Shown here one piece after another: positions 32,082-42,298 of a stretch of DNA of 64,000 nucleotides. The DNA lies in contig OZ241986.1 in the NCBI GenBank assembly GCA_965204375.1, forward strand, positions 4,224,001 to 4,288,000, read 5' to 3'. The stretch is from Candidatus Latescibacterota bacterium. Its GTDB lineage: Bacteria; Latescibacterota; UBA2968. The position numbers and the translations under genes were made by a program. Numbering within the stretch: position 1 is the stretch's first letter; each line of letters opens with the position of its first letter. The notes beneath the pieces are model-generated. The model searched no databases. It worked only from the letters and a program-made list of their open reading frames with translations, and was not told the DNA's origin.

Positions 32082-33689
32082 CTACCTGGCCGATAAGTAC
32101 ACCGACGAGAAGATGAGACCGTCGTGTAAGATCGCCCATATATGCATCAGATCTGTCTCAGCAGTGAGCGGATTGGAGAATGCGTGTTGGGACCATTGCC
32201 CTTCCTCGGTGGTGGCACTTATCCTCTCACTAACCTGGCCGATAAGGTCCGGCCTGATGGGATTCGCGAGGATCACGCTGTTCGCGTCGGTCAGGATCAG
32301 AAACCACTTCCCGTCAAAGCTCTCCGAGCTGTTATAATACGCCACCGTCGCGTCCCGACCATTCTCTTTGTAGTACTCTATCGCCTTGGCGACATAAGCC
32401 TGTGTGTAGGCCCTCGGATCTTCCTCCTCTGCGTAGTAGCCCGAAGCGAAGATCATCCCATCGTGGCGCACCGCATAAGCGACCTTCGGCACCTCTAACA
32501 AGGAGGTGGGATGCGGCCACAGGTACTCCACCCAGTGTCCTTCCTCTGTCGCCTTGGCAATCTCCTTTCCCAATTCGTACCCATCCGAACCCACCACACC
32601 CTTGATATCCGTACCAATGAGGTTCCGGAACAGAGGATGGACGATGTAGAGATCGTTGGCATCCATCACAAACAGATACCACTGCCCCTCAAAACTCGCC
32701 ACACTATTATAGTAGTGCTTCAGCGCCTCCAGGCCATCGCTATCATAACGCGCGATGGCACTCTTGACATACGCGACCGTGTACTCACGCGGGTCGGCGT
32801 CCTTCCATGCCGGCGGTTCAGCATTCGGATCGGGCGTGTAATAACCCGACGCAAAGATGAGACCATCGTGCCGAATCACCCACGCGCTCTTCGGCTCTTC
32901 AATGCCGGTAACGGGGTTCGGCCACAGGTAATTGACCCAGTGCCCCTCCTCTGTCGCCTCCGCTATCTCCTTACCCAACTCCTGACCGTCCGATCCCACC
33001 ACATCCTTGATGTCCGTGCCCTTCAGGTGCGGAAAAATCGGATGTGCCAGATAGATGTCGTTCTCGTCAATCAGGAACAGGTAGAAATGACCATCCACAC
33101 TCTCCCGGCTATCGTAATAGGCCACCGTCGCCTCTCGTCCCTCGCGGTCGTACATGGCGATGGCCTTCCCCACGTAGTCCTGCGTAAAGTCGGCGAGATT
33201 CTCGCGGATGATAAAATGGCCGGAGAGAAAGATCAGATCACCGTGCAGGATCGCAAAGTTCAACCTCGGCTCCTGCTGTTGGGTGGCGGGGTTGAACGCA
33301 AGACTTTCGGCCCAGAGACCCTCTACGTTCACCTTCGCGATACGACTCCCCAAAGGGGTATCGGGCGCGGTATGGGTGTTGGACCCCTTCAAATTAGGCA
33401 ACAAAGCATTGGCCAAGACGACCTGATCACCCGCTCGCAATATCATCATGGCCCGCTCGCCTTCAATGCTCTCCCTGCTGTTGTAATACGCCACCGTCGC
33501 CTCCAGACCTTCGCGCTTATAGCGTTCAATACCCGCTTCCACATAAGCCCGTGTCAACGCACGCGGATCGGTTGACATATCCCCGGTCATAGCCTCTTTA
33601 CGCTCCTGCGGCACCTCATCACCGCCACAACCAAACATCACACCTGCAACGAGTGCCATCACGACCATACTGCATAGACTTCGCAACAT
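32082..33689 (-). CDS. Lipoprotein with four tandem single-Cache (sCache_2-like) domains and no signalling domain
   Basis: VMFGC lipobox; repeats of YV..AI..Y..G..A...YYNS..S..G.WYLF..D...HP...G...EG.WV.Y.WP.P...K...V.RHDGLIFASGYY; GAGGAGG SD. Confidence 0.85.
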   Translation of the reverse strand: MLRSLCSMVVMALVAGVMFGCGGDEVPQERKEAMTGDMSTDPRALTRAYVEAGIERYKREGLEATVAYYNSRESIEGERAMMILRAGDQVVLANALLPNLKGSNTHTAPDTPLGSRIAKVNVEGLWAESLAFNPATQQQEPRLNFAILHGDLIFLSGHFIIRENLADFTQDYVGKAIAMYDREGREATVAYYDSRESVDGHFYLFLIDENDIYLAHPIFPHLKGTDIKDVVGSDGQELGKEIAEATEEGHWVNYLWPNPVTGIEEPKSAWVIRHDGLIFASGYYTPDPNAEPPAWKDADPREYTVAYVKSAIARYDSDGLEALKHYYNSVASFEGQWYLFVMDANDLYIVHPLFRNLIGTDIKGVVGSDGYELGKEIAKATEEGHWVEYLWPHPTSLLEVPKVAYAVRHDGMIFASGYYAEEEDPRAYTQAYVAKAIEYYKENGRDATVAYYNSSESFDGKWFLILTDANSVILANPIRPDLIGQVSERISATTEEGQWSQHAFSNPLTAETDLMHIWAILHDGLIFSSVYLSAR

Positions 33690-33786
33690 AACAACCCTCC
33701 TCAAGAGATGGTTTCTCAACACCTATTAATTAAAGCCAAAATAATTTTATTGCAAACAAAAATCCACGACCTTTATCAGCCACTTC

Positions 33787-34707
33787 TCACGCTCTCGGAT
33801 GAAACGTCCGGTGCACCTCCTTCAAATACTCCCGATCGACATGGGTATAAATCTGCGTCGTCGAAATATCCGCGTGCCCCAGCATCTCTTGCACCGCTCG
33901 CAAATCCGCACCCCCCTCCAGCAAATGCGTCGCAAAAGAATGCCGCAGCGTATGCGGACTCACCTTCTTCTCCAATCCCGCCAGCACCACATATTGTCTC
34001 AACACCTTCCACACGCCCATCCGCGACAACGGACCACCGCGAAAATTCAAAAACACCTCAGACCCGGTATGCGGCTTGACCAACTCTGGACGCACCGCCT
34101 GCAAATACGCCGTCACCCACGCAATCCCCTCTGACCCTATCGGCACCACGCGCTCGCGCCCGCCCTTGCCCAGCACCCGAACCACCTCCACATCAAACAG
34201 CAAATCCACCTGCGACAACCCGATCAACTCCGACACCCGCAACCCCGCCCCGTAAAGCATCTCTATAAGCGCGCGATCCCGCAGCCCCAGGGGCGTCTCC
34301 ACATCTGGCGCCAGCATCAACCGCTCAACCTCGTAAATATTCAGCACCGAAGGCAACTTTCGCCCCAACCTCGGCGGCTTCACATGCTCTGTCGGATCCC
34401 GATGTACAAGCCCCTCCCCTATCAAAAACCTGTGAAACATCCGCACCGCCGTCAAATTCCGCGCTACACTCGACGCCTCCAGCCCCATCTCCGAAAGCAA
34501 ATCCAACAATGCGGACACCTCCGCCTGAGAAATTGCATCCGGCGCATCGATCCCCAAATCCGTCAACAGTGTCAAATACCTGCTCAAATCGCGTTCATAA
34601 GCACGCGCCGTATTATCCGACAACCCGCGCTCCAGCGTCACAGAATCGAGAAACCGCTGCAATGCGCGCGCCAGTTCCGGGGCAATTTGTATCTGGTCTA
34701 TAGACAT
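33787..34707 (-). CDS. xerD: Site-specific tyrosine recombinase XerD
   Basis: ERGLSDNT..AY.RDL, RD.A..E.LY..GLRVSEL, SPHTLRHSFATHLLEGGADLRAVQEMLGHADISTTQIYTHV. Confidence 0.95.
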   Translation of the reverse strand: MSIDQIQIAPELARALQRFLDSVTLERGLSDNTARAYERDLSRYLTLLTDLGIDAPDAISQAEVSALLDLLSEMGLEASSVARNLTAVRMFHRFLIGEGLVHRDPTEHVKPPRLGRKLPSVLNIYEVERLMLAPDVETPLGLRDRALIEMLYGAGLRVSELIGLSQVDLLFDVEVVRVLGKGGRERVVPIGSEGIAWVTAYLQAVRPELVKPHTGSEVFLNFRGGPLSRMGVWKVLRQYVVLAGLEKKVSPHTLRHSFATHLLEGGADLRAVQEMLGHADISTTQIYTHVDREYLKEVHRTFHPRA

Positions 34708-34762
34708 GGCGTATCACCATCATTTTTTAAAAAAAAGTGACCAAAAATTAGTCTTGTCGAAA

Positions 34763-34799
34763 GACAAAAAGCACTTGGCAGAACAAGTGCTTTTTGTCT
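34763..34799. terminator. Terminator-like hairpin at the edge of the low-GC islet
   Basis: GACAAAAAGCACTTG-loop-CAAGTGCTTTTTGTC. Confidence 0.65.
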
Positions 34800-34884
34800 C
34801 AATAAACTATGAATATACTTAACTGATGCGCTTCAATATCTCTTTGAGTGTCTCATCTATACCGTCCAAAGGTGGTCGGGTATA

Positions 34885-35187
34885 TTATTGCTCACCGCAT
34901 GGTGGATCGTATTGATCTCTAATCTTGGCCTCGATACTCTTTCTTTGGCTTGTTGGACAATAGTAAGCAGCATAGTGGCTATACTGATTTTGTATCCAAC
35001 AGATTTTTCTATTATGATTAGATATTCTGTCCAGAATGTGTGCCGACTGACCCACGTCAATAATGTTGTAAGAAGAGATATTTGAGAACGATCTTTTAAG
35101 AACACAATAAACACCTGATGTATTATTCAAATTATATATAGATGTATAGGGTCCTTCAAACCTATATCCGCCTATAATAATTGACAT
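34885..35187 (-). CDS. Small GIY-YIG-family nuclease
   Basis: SGVY...IDVGQS..I.DRI.NH, IE..IR..Y.PPC; low GC. Confidence 0.7.
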   Translation of the reverse strand: MSIIIGGYRFEGPYTSIYNLNNTSGVYCVLKRSFSNISSYNIIDVGQSAHILDRISNHNRKICWIQNQYSHYAAYYCPTSQRKSIEAKIRDQYDPPCGEQ

Positions 35188-35200
35188 TTTATCGCCTCTA

Positions 35201-35524
35201 TTATTTAGGTGTAGTCACAGGTGCATTGGATGTAATTACAGGCGGATCGGAAAAGAAAGCTAATTTTACCAGACTTACAGCAACCGTCACAACAAGAATA
35301 CCAATCATAGCCAAAAGAAGTCTATTATTATGTTTTATCCACCTCTCAGCAGAGTCATTGCTATGCTTCATCCACCTCTCAGCAGAGTCATGATAATTCC
35401 TAAACCAATTTTCAGAGGCTGCCAAGTGGTATCGTATCCACTCCTCATTAGATTTAATCGGTTGTTCATAAACCTCTTTAGACTCGTTCGAATACCTCTC
35501 CTGGTCTTCTTTGCTTTGCGACAT
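35201..35524 (-). CDS. Small protein with 11-aa repeats and C-terminal TM
   Basis: DSAERW repeats at 33-bp period, LLLAMIGILVVTVAV; low GC. Confidence 0.6.
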   Translation of the reverse strand: MSQSKEDQERYSNESKEVYEQPIKSNEEWIRYHLAASENWFRNYHDSAERWMKHSNDSAERWIKHNNRLLLAMIGILVVTVAVSLVKLAFFSDPPVITSNAPVTTPK

Positions 35525-35583
35525 TAAGATCACTTCCTTTGTTTAATTTTTTTTTATCGAGATATGACAACCAAACAATACGC

Positions 35584-36060
35584 TTAAGGAGATGGCGGCA
35601 CGATAAACTTTAGCACAAATGTCAAAATAGCAACCGCAATCCCCGCAGTCCAATAGAGTCGCGTCGCAATGGTGTCAAATTTCCCATCAATATGTTGCCT
35701 TAATTCTTTTTGTTCATCTTGAATATGTTGCCTTAATTCTTTTTGTTCATCTTGAATATGTTGCCTTAATTCTTTTTGTTCATCTTGAATATGTTGCCTT
35801 AATTCTTTTTGTTCATCTTGAATACTCGTCAACGTGTTATCGACACGCTCGACAATTATTTCCAGCTTAACAAGTCGATTATCGAGTTTATTGATCACTT
35901 TCTCATTTTGTTCTATACGCTTATCGTTCTGATCAATACGGACTTCTAATCTTTTCAATGTCTCAACCTGATTCGTATTGTGTGTCTCCAACTTTTGAAA
36001 ATATTTATCAAAAGCCTGAAACACCTCCTGGGATTCTGCTGAAGATGGTGTATCTGCCAT
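35584..36060 (-). CDS. Coiled-coil protein with 4x IQDEQKELRQH and C-terminal TM (Bdr/DUF1640-like)
   Basis: Perfect 33-bp tandem 35689-35820; GGAGG SD before ATG 36060. Confidence 0.7.
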   Translation of the reverse strand: MADTPSSAESQEVFQAFDKYFQKLETHNTNQVETLKRLEVRIDQNDKRIEQNEKVINKLDNRLVKLEIIVERVDNTLTSIQDEQKELRQHIQDEQKELRQHIQDEQKELRQHIQDEQKELRQHIDGKFDTIATRLYWTAGIAVAILTFVLKFIVPPSP

Positions 36061-36351
36061 GATCTGTCCTCCTATAACAAACAACCAGTCTCATAAAATA
36101 ACCTGATGTTGTCAACCAAAAAACTCATACCTATCCACAGGTAAATATGATAAGTTAGCGCCCCAAAGTCAACCGTCTGGAACCTGACCCCCTACAATTG
36201 CAAATACTGGATTGCGGCCATAAAAGTAAGAAGGGAGAAGTTAGAAGTTAGAAATCCGCCTAACACCACCCTAAACAGGTATCTTTTCACCCTTCACACT
36301 TCACACTTCACACTTCACACTTCTCACTTCACCCTTCTCACTTCACACTTC

Positions 36352-38163
36352 TCACTTCCTCAACCCCTCACAAATCACCTCAGCCAGCCTCAACCCCACC
36401 CCCTCGACCTCTGCCACCTCTTCAACCTCTGCTTCTCGGATCCGCTTCACCGAACCGAAATGCTTCAACAGTGCGATGCGACGCGACGGACCCACCCCTG
36501 GAATCTCGTCCAACTCCGACGTCAGCGTCCGCTTCTGGCGCAACTTGCGGTGGTATTCAATCGCAAACCGATGCGACTCATCGCGCAACATCTGCAACAA
36601 CTTCAACGACGACGACGACTTCGGAATATTCTGCGGATCGGACAGCCCCGGCAAAAACACCTCCTCCAACCGCTTCGCCAGCCCGATCACCGGCTGATCT
36701 TCAATCCCCAACGCCCGCAGCGCTTCAACCGCGCTCGAAAGCTGACCCTTACCCCCATCGACCAACAGCAAATCCGGAAAAGGCTTCCCCTCCTCCATCA
36801 GCCGCTTAAACCGCCGCGTCACCACCTGCTGCATCATCGCAAAATCATTGGGACCCTCCAACCCCGTAATTTTAAAATGCCGGTACTCGCGCTTTCGCGC
36901 CCTGCCATCCACAAAACACACCAGCGACGCCACCGGATCCGACCCCTGAATATTTGAAATATCCACCGCCTCGATCCACCGCGGCGGCTTCTCCAGATGC
37001 AAATCCCGCTGAAGCGCCTGCACCGCTGCCGGCACTTGCGACCTGCGATTCTCGCGCTTCAACCGCCGCTCCGACAACAACAGCCGCGCATTATTCTCCG
37101 CCATCTTAATCAGCCGAAACTTATCCCCCCGCTGGGGCACGCGCATCTCAACCCCGCCCTCTGAACGCTCTGTAAGCCAATCGAGCACCGTCTCCCGATC
37201 CTCGATATCACCCGGCAGGCACACCTCTCGCGGCACAAACGTAGCCGTCGCGTAAAACAACTGCACAAATTTTGAAACCACCTCCTCTTCAGACGCATCG
37301 AGCACCCCGCCGAGAAAATAATTCTGCCGCCCGATCAACCGCCCATCGCGCACCTCCATCACCACTCCGCAAGCCTCGTCATCCTCCCGCGCAATCGCAA
37401 TCGCATCCCAATCCGTCAACTCATTAGACACCACCTTTTGCCGACTCGCGGCTTGTTCCAGCGCCTGAATGCGATCCCGATAAATCGCCGCCTCCTCGTA
37501 CCTCAGCGCCTCTGCCGCCCGCTTCATCCGCTCGACAAGCGTCACTTTCACCTGCGTGTGCCGCCCCGTCAAAAACAACACCGCCTCATCCACAATTTTT
37601 TGATACGCCTCTGCCACAATCAACCCCTCGCACGGCCCGTCGCACCGCTTGATCTCGTAATCCAGACACAACCGCACATTGGCCTTTGGCAAATCGTAAT
37701 CACAACTCCGAATCCGAAACAACCGGTGCATCGTCTCCACCATGCGCCGCATCGCCCGCACATCCGTATAAGGCCCCAAATAGCGCGACCCATCCTTCAC
37801 CACATCGCGCGTCACCACAACGCGGGGAAACGCCTCCTTTGTAATGCGGATATACGGATACTTCTTATCGTCCTTCAAACTGATATTGTAGCGCGGCTTG
37901 TGTGCCTTGATCAAATTCGCCTCTAAAATCAACGCCTCCAACTCCGTATCCGTAACAATATATTCCAAATCGCGCACATTGCGAACGATTGCCCGAAACT
38001 GCCGCCGCCCGTCATGGGCATTCGGACGAAAATACTGCTGCACCCGGCTGCGCAACACCTTTGCCTTGCCGATATAGATAATCTGCCCTTCATCGCCCTT
38101 CATCATGTACACACCAGGCTCTCTGGGCATCAGTGCAACAACACCGTCGATATGCGCGCTCAT
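36352..38163 (-). CDS. uvrC: Excinuclease ABC subunit C
   Basis: PGVY..IIYIGKAK.LR.RV, EALILEANLIK..KPRYN, DISN, DGGKGQ, RDESHRFAI, HhH. Confidence 0.98.
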   Translation of the reverse strand: MSAHIDGVVALMPREPGVYMMKGDEGQIIYIGKAKVLRSRVQQYFRPNAHDGRRQFRAIVRNVRDLEYIVTDTELEALILEANLIKAHKPRYNISLKDDKKYPYIRITKEAFPRVVVTRDVVKDGSRYLGPYTDVRAMRRMVETMHRLFRIRSCDYDLPKANVRLCLDYEIKRCDGPCEGLIVAEAYQKIVDEAVLFLTGRHTQVKVTLVERMKRAAEALRYEEAAIYRDRIQALEQAASRQKVVSNELTDWDAIAIAREDDEACGVVMEVRDGRLIGRQNYFLGGVLDASEEEVVSKFVQLFYATATFVPREVCLPGDIEDRETVLDWLTERSEGGVEMRVPQRGDKFRLIKMAENNARLLLSERRLKRENRRSQVPAAVQALQRDLHLEKPPRWIEAVDISNIQGSDPVASLVCFVDGRARKREYRHFKITGLEGPNDFAMMQQVVTRRFKRLMEEGKPFPDLLLVDGGKGQLSSAVEALRALGIEDQPVIGLAKRLEEVFLPGLSDPQNIPKSSSSLKLLQMLRDESHRFAIEYHRKLRQKRTLTSELDEIPGVGPSRRIALLKHFGSVKRIREAEVEEVAEVEGVGLRLAEVICEGLRK

Positions 38164-38175
38164 ATTGCACCTCCC

Positions 38176-38670
38176 CTACAAATCCACAATCTCCACATCC
38201 ATCGCATTCAGATCCAGAATCCCCACCGTCTCTCTCCCCGTCGTCCACCCGCACGCCTCCCCCGGATTGATCACCAGCGTATCGCCTCTTCGCACATCGA
38301 TCTCGTGCGTATGCCCGTAAAAAATCACATCATAAGCACCGCTCTGTGATAGGGCATCCACCTCATCTGGCTCGTGCAACATCAAAATGCGCTTGCCCTC
38401 CCATTCGTGTACATAAGGCGGGCGGTGAATCGGACCCAGATCTTCAAAAAGCGCCCGCAAACCGAACTTCTCCCCATCATTATTCCCAAAAACCCCGACA
38501 AAAGGCACCGTCAAACCGCCCATCCAGCGCGCATTAAACGGCGCGATATAATCCCCCCCGTGCAGCACCAGCCCCACATCGCGCGCATTAAAAAGTGCCA
38601 CAGCCTTCTCAACCGCGTGTTTATTATCGTGTGTATCCGTAATCAAACCGACAAGATGTGCTTTTCCCAT
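38176..38670 (-). CDS. Metallophosphoesterase (YfcE/MJ0936 family)
   Basis: DTHDN, GD, GNND, GHTH, INPG. Confidence 0.92.
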   Translation of the reverse strand: MGKAHLVGLITDTHDNKHAVEKAVALFNARDVGLVLHGGDYIAPFNARWMGGLTVPFVGVFGNNDGEKFGLRALFEDLGPIHRPPYVHEWEGKRILMLHEPDEVDALSQSGAYDVIFYGHTHEIDVRRGDTLVINPGEACGWTTGRETVGILDLNAMDVEIVDL

Positions 38671-38815
38671 GATTAGACTCCTGTTATCAGGTTAATTCTT
38701 CTGAAATAATTCACTTCACATTATATATATGCATTAAATTTCCCAAAAAAAACAAAAAATCGTATCTTTACCCCTGATAGACCTCAACAGCTAAGTTTAC
38801 AGGAGCAAATCCCCC

Positions 38816-39694
38816 ATGCCCATATTAAAAATCGGCCTTCCCTCTGGAAGCCTTCAGGAATCCACGCTCACCCTGTTTGCCAAAGCCGGGTATCGCATCC
38901 GCACCAGCCACCGGTCCTACACGCCCGTCATTGACGACCCCGAACTCGAGGGCTTATTTCTGCGCGCCCAGGAAATCGCGCACTACGTCGAACGCGGCGT
39001 CCTCGACATTGGACTCACCGGCATTGACTGGATCCTGGAAAACGAAGCCGACATCATCGAAATCGCCGAATTTGCCTACAGCAAAACCACATCGCAACCC
39101 GCGCGCTGGATCATCGCAGTACCCGAAGACTCGGACATCCAGACCGTCCAGGACCTGCAGGGCAAGCGCATCGCCACCGAACTCGTCACAGCCACGCGCA
39201 ACCACCTCAAAAACCACGGCATAACCGCCGAAGTCGAATACTCCTGGGGATCTACCGAAGCCAAAGTCCGCGTACCCGGCCTCGTCGATGCCATCGCCGA
39301 ACTCACCGAAACCGGATCCTCTCTGCGCGCCAACAACCTGCGCGTCATAGACACCATGTTTGAAACCACGCCCAGACTCATCGCCAACAAAAATGCCTAT
39401 AACGATGCGTGGAAACGCGAAAAAGCGCAACACATCGCCACCTTGCTCATCGGCGCATTCAACGCCGAAGACAAAGTCGGCCTCAAAATGAACGTACGCC
39501 GCGCCGACCTCGCGCAAATCGTCAAAAACTTACCCGCGCTCAACAACCCCACCATCGCCAACTTACTCGACGAAAACTGGGTCGCCATCGAAGTCATCGT
39601 CGATGAACGCATCGTGCGCGACCTCATACCAAAACTCAAAAAATCGGGCGCCGAAGGCATCATCGAATATCCCTTAAACAAAGTGATTTACTGA
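38816..39694 (+). CDS. hisG: ATP phosphoribosyltransferase (long form)
   Basis: LP.GSL, LRAQEI, D.G.TG.DW, GSTE, ETGSSLRANNL, GAEGIIEYP. Confidence 0.97.
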   Translation: MPILKIGLPSGSLQESTLTLFAKAGYRIRTSHRSYTPVIDDPELEGLFLRAQEIAHYVERGVLDIGLTGIDWILENEADIIEIAEFAYSKTTSQPARWIIAVPEDSDIQTVQDLQGKRIATELVTATRNHLKNHGITAEVEYSWGSTEAKVRVPGLVDAIAELTETGSSLRANNLRVIDTMFETTPRLIANKNAYNDAWKREKAQHIATLLIGAFNAEDKVGLKMNVRRADLAQIVKNLPALNNPTIANLLDENWVAIEVIVDERIVRDLIPKLKKSGAEGIIEYPLNKVIY

Positions 39695-39880
39695 AAACCC
39701 CTGTCTGGATCAGGATTCTCAGGATGAAAGGATGAACAGGATAAAAGCAAAAGCAAAACCTCTGGATCGCGGCTCAACATCATGCCGCAATGACAACCAC
39801 CGTTCGTCACGCCTGAGAAAGCAGGCGTCCAGTGGATTAAAACAATAAACTTATTTGACAAGTATTCAGGAACCTAACCC

Positions 39881-42298
39881 ATGCGTGGGATCAGGGAGCA
39901 GATCAAAATTTCGCACTGTGTAATATTATGCATCATACTGGGCTGTTCGCTGCGCTTTGTGGGATTGACCAGAGGAGACAGTTCGTTTGTAATAGACGGG
40001 GCAAGCCAATATGAGAGAGCATTTTACCATTTCCATCCCGACGAAACGGCCCTCATCCAGGCCGCTTTAGATCCCATTGATCCCCTCGCCCCCAAAATCA
40101 CCAGCTATGGTATGCTGCCCATCTATCTTTTGCGAGGCGTACTGGAATTTAACAACACTATTCTCGGTCAGGACTTTACAAACCAGAAATCACCTGATAG
40201 GGTCCGATACGTATATTTCACCGCTCGTATCCTGGCGGTACTGGTTTCTTGTCTGACCCTGTATTTGGTCTGGTTATTGGGTGCCCGGTGGTTCAATGAT
40301 CTGACAGGTCTGCTCGCTGTTTGCGTCGTAGCCGCAGCCCCAATGGCAATCCAACTGGCCCATTTCTATACCGTAGATGGATTGTTCACACTGCTGATCC
40401 TGGCCACCATGTATGCCCTTTTAAGGGCATTGGAACGACCTGATTGGCGGTGGTTTGTATTGACGGGCATATTGATCGGACTCAGCGGTGCCGTTCGCCT
40501 GATAGGCTTATCAGCGGGGTTTATATTGCTGGTCGGCCATGTCATCCACCAGCGGCAATTAAAGGCAGTTCTGACGCCCTCTATCTGGCTGGCGGGTCTA
40601 TCAGCGGTATTGTGTCTGCTCGCTCTCCAGCCTTTTCTGGTATTGAACTATGATATGATTTTTCAAGACATGAACCCTTACGGTCTGGGTTTTGCGATGA
40701 ACTGGGCGCGAGGAGAATTCCTCACCATCTGGAGCCTGGTAGATATCCACACCATCCCCTATCTGCATCACTGGAGCCATCTGTGGCCTCTGGGGGTGGG
40801 TTGGCCTCTCACCATCCTCTTCATCTTTGGATTATCGTATAGCCTCTGGAAAATAGATCATCAAAAAGGACTGATTCTGCTCTGGATCGGGATCTATTTT
40901 TACGTAATCGGCGGTTTGCAGGCCAAGCCCATAAGGTATCTCCTGCCTATGCTGCCCTTTCTGGCTCTTCTATCGGCGGATTTTTGCATCTGGTTCATCC
41001 GATCCCCTCAATTTGTCAGAGTGCGAAAATTGGCCATAGGGATTTGCGCCGCGGTATTTGTGTACAGCACCATCTACGGCGTTGCTTTTGCCAGCCTCTA
41101 TACCCGGGAAGACAGCCGCATCCAGGCCGCACGCTGGATAGACCAACACATCCCCGCCAACAGCCGAATCGGTGTCGAAAGAGGTGGGTTCTCCATGCGC
41201 GGAATGATCAACTCGGAGAAATATTCCGTTCGTCCGATCAGGATGGGAGCGCTGTTTTTTTTACGTGGATTCGCGACCTGTAAAGTAGAGTTCATCTTTG
41301 TACAGGATCAGCTACGACACCTGGATTACATAGCCATAACAGATATCAACCGCTACCAACAATTCACGGCCGCCCCCGAACTCGTACCGGGCGGTGCGGC
41401 TTTCTACCAGGCACTGGTAGATGGTGAGTTGGGTTTTGATTTGGTCCAGCGCTTCAGGCACCATCCCTCTCTGGGCAGCATCGCGTTCAAAGACGAAGGC
41501 AGTGAACCGACATTTGTCGGATTTGATCACCCGACTGTCATGATTTTCAAAAAAAACACCGCCTATCAACAGGGCATAGCACACCTGCAGAAACAGTCCT
41601 CGACAAATCCCCATTGTGTCGATCCCCTGTTGGAGACAGCCTGTTCCGCCCTTCAGGCAGGAAATCTCGACCAGAGTCTGCTGGCAGCCAGACGAGCGAT
41701 GGAGCAATTTCCCCAATCGAAAATTGCCCATCTCATTGCATCAGAAATACACAGGCAACGGGGAGAAGAAGCCAGAGAACTACATCGGGCATACTGGGCA
41801 GAGGTTGCACAAAATCTGAGTTCGCATTGGCTGCTCTGGGGAAGCGGACAGAGTTTATTGGAATTGGGCCTGACCGATTTGGCTTTGTCCGTGCTCGAGG
41901 AAGGGACTCGGCAAGTCGCCCAGGGTAAGGAAATCGAGGCAGCCAATCTGTATATCGTTCTCGCCTACCGTCTATACAACCGCCAGGAAAAGGAAGAGGC
42001 CGCGAAAGTCTTCTTGTTTTCAACCCAAATTCACCCACTACCTATGACTTATAATTTCCTGGCAAATATCGCTATCGAGGGAGAAGACTACAAACAGGCG
42101 GTAGAATACTTCGAACAATCGCTACAGATAGACGATAAACAAGCTGGTGTACACGTCGCTGTAGGGAAAATCACGGCCCGATTTCTGAACGATCAGCCCA
42201 GAGCACTGTACCACTTTCAAAAGGCACTGGAACTGGATCCCAAATTAGAGGCCGATCTATCCGGATGGGTAGAAATTAAACGAGAATCAATCAAATGA
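39881..42298 (+). CDS. GT39/PMT-like membrane glycosyltransferase with C-terminal TPRs
   Basis: FHPDE, YG.LP.YL, AHFYTVD, RYLLP, DSRIQAARWI, DHPTV; TPR tail. Confidence 0.8.
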   Translation: MRGIREQIKISHCVILCIILGCSLRFVGLTRGDSSFVIDGASQYERAFYHFHPDETALIQAALDPIDPLAPKITSYGMLPIYLLRGVLEFNNTILGQDFTNQKSPDRVRYVYFTARILAVLVSCLTLYLVWLLGARWFNDLTGLLAVCVVAAAPMAIQLAHFYTVDGLFTLLILATMYALLRALERPDWRWFVLTGILIGLSGAVRLIGLSAGFILLVGHVIHQRQLKAVLTPSIWLAGLSAVLCLLALQPFLVLNYDMIFQDMNPYGLGFAMNWARGEFLTIWSLVDIHTIPYLHHWSHLWPLGVGWPLTILFIFGLSYSLWKIDHQKGLILLWIGIYFYVIGGLQAKPIRYLLPMLPFLALLSADFCIWFIRSPQFVRVRKLAIGICAAVFVYSTIYGVAFASLYTREDSRIQAARWIDQHIPANSRIGVERGGFSMRGMINSEKYSVRPIRMGALFFLRGFATCKVEFIFVQDQLRHLDYIAITDINRYQQFTAAPELVPGGAAFYQALVDGELGFDLVQRFRHHPSLGSIAFKDEGSEPTFVGFDHPTVMIFKKNTAYQQGIAHLQKQSSTNPHCVDPLLETACSALQAGNLDQSLLAARRAMEQFPQSKIAHLIASEIHRQRGEEARELHRAYWAEVAQNLSSHWLLWGSGQSLLELGLTDLALSVLEEGTRQVAQGKEIEAANLYIVLAYRLYNRQEKEEAAKVFLFSTQIHPLPMTYNFLANIAIEGEDYKQAVEYFEQSLQIDDKQAGVHVAVGKITARFLNDQPRALYHFQKALELDPKLEADLSGWVEIKRESIK

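Noticed and set aside
29982-33689. Cache paralog similarity as DGR template/variable repeats
   Set aside because: No RT in the window, and differences are not adenine-specific by inspection
33787-34707. Tyrosine recombinase as a prophage/island integrase
   Set aside because: Motifs match housekeeping XerD and codon bias looks resident
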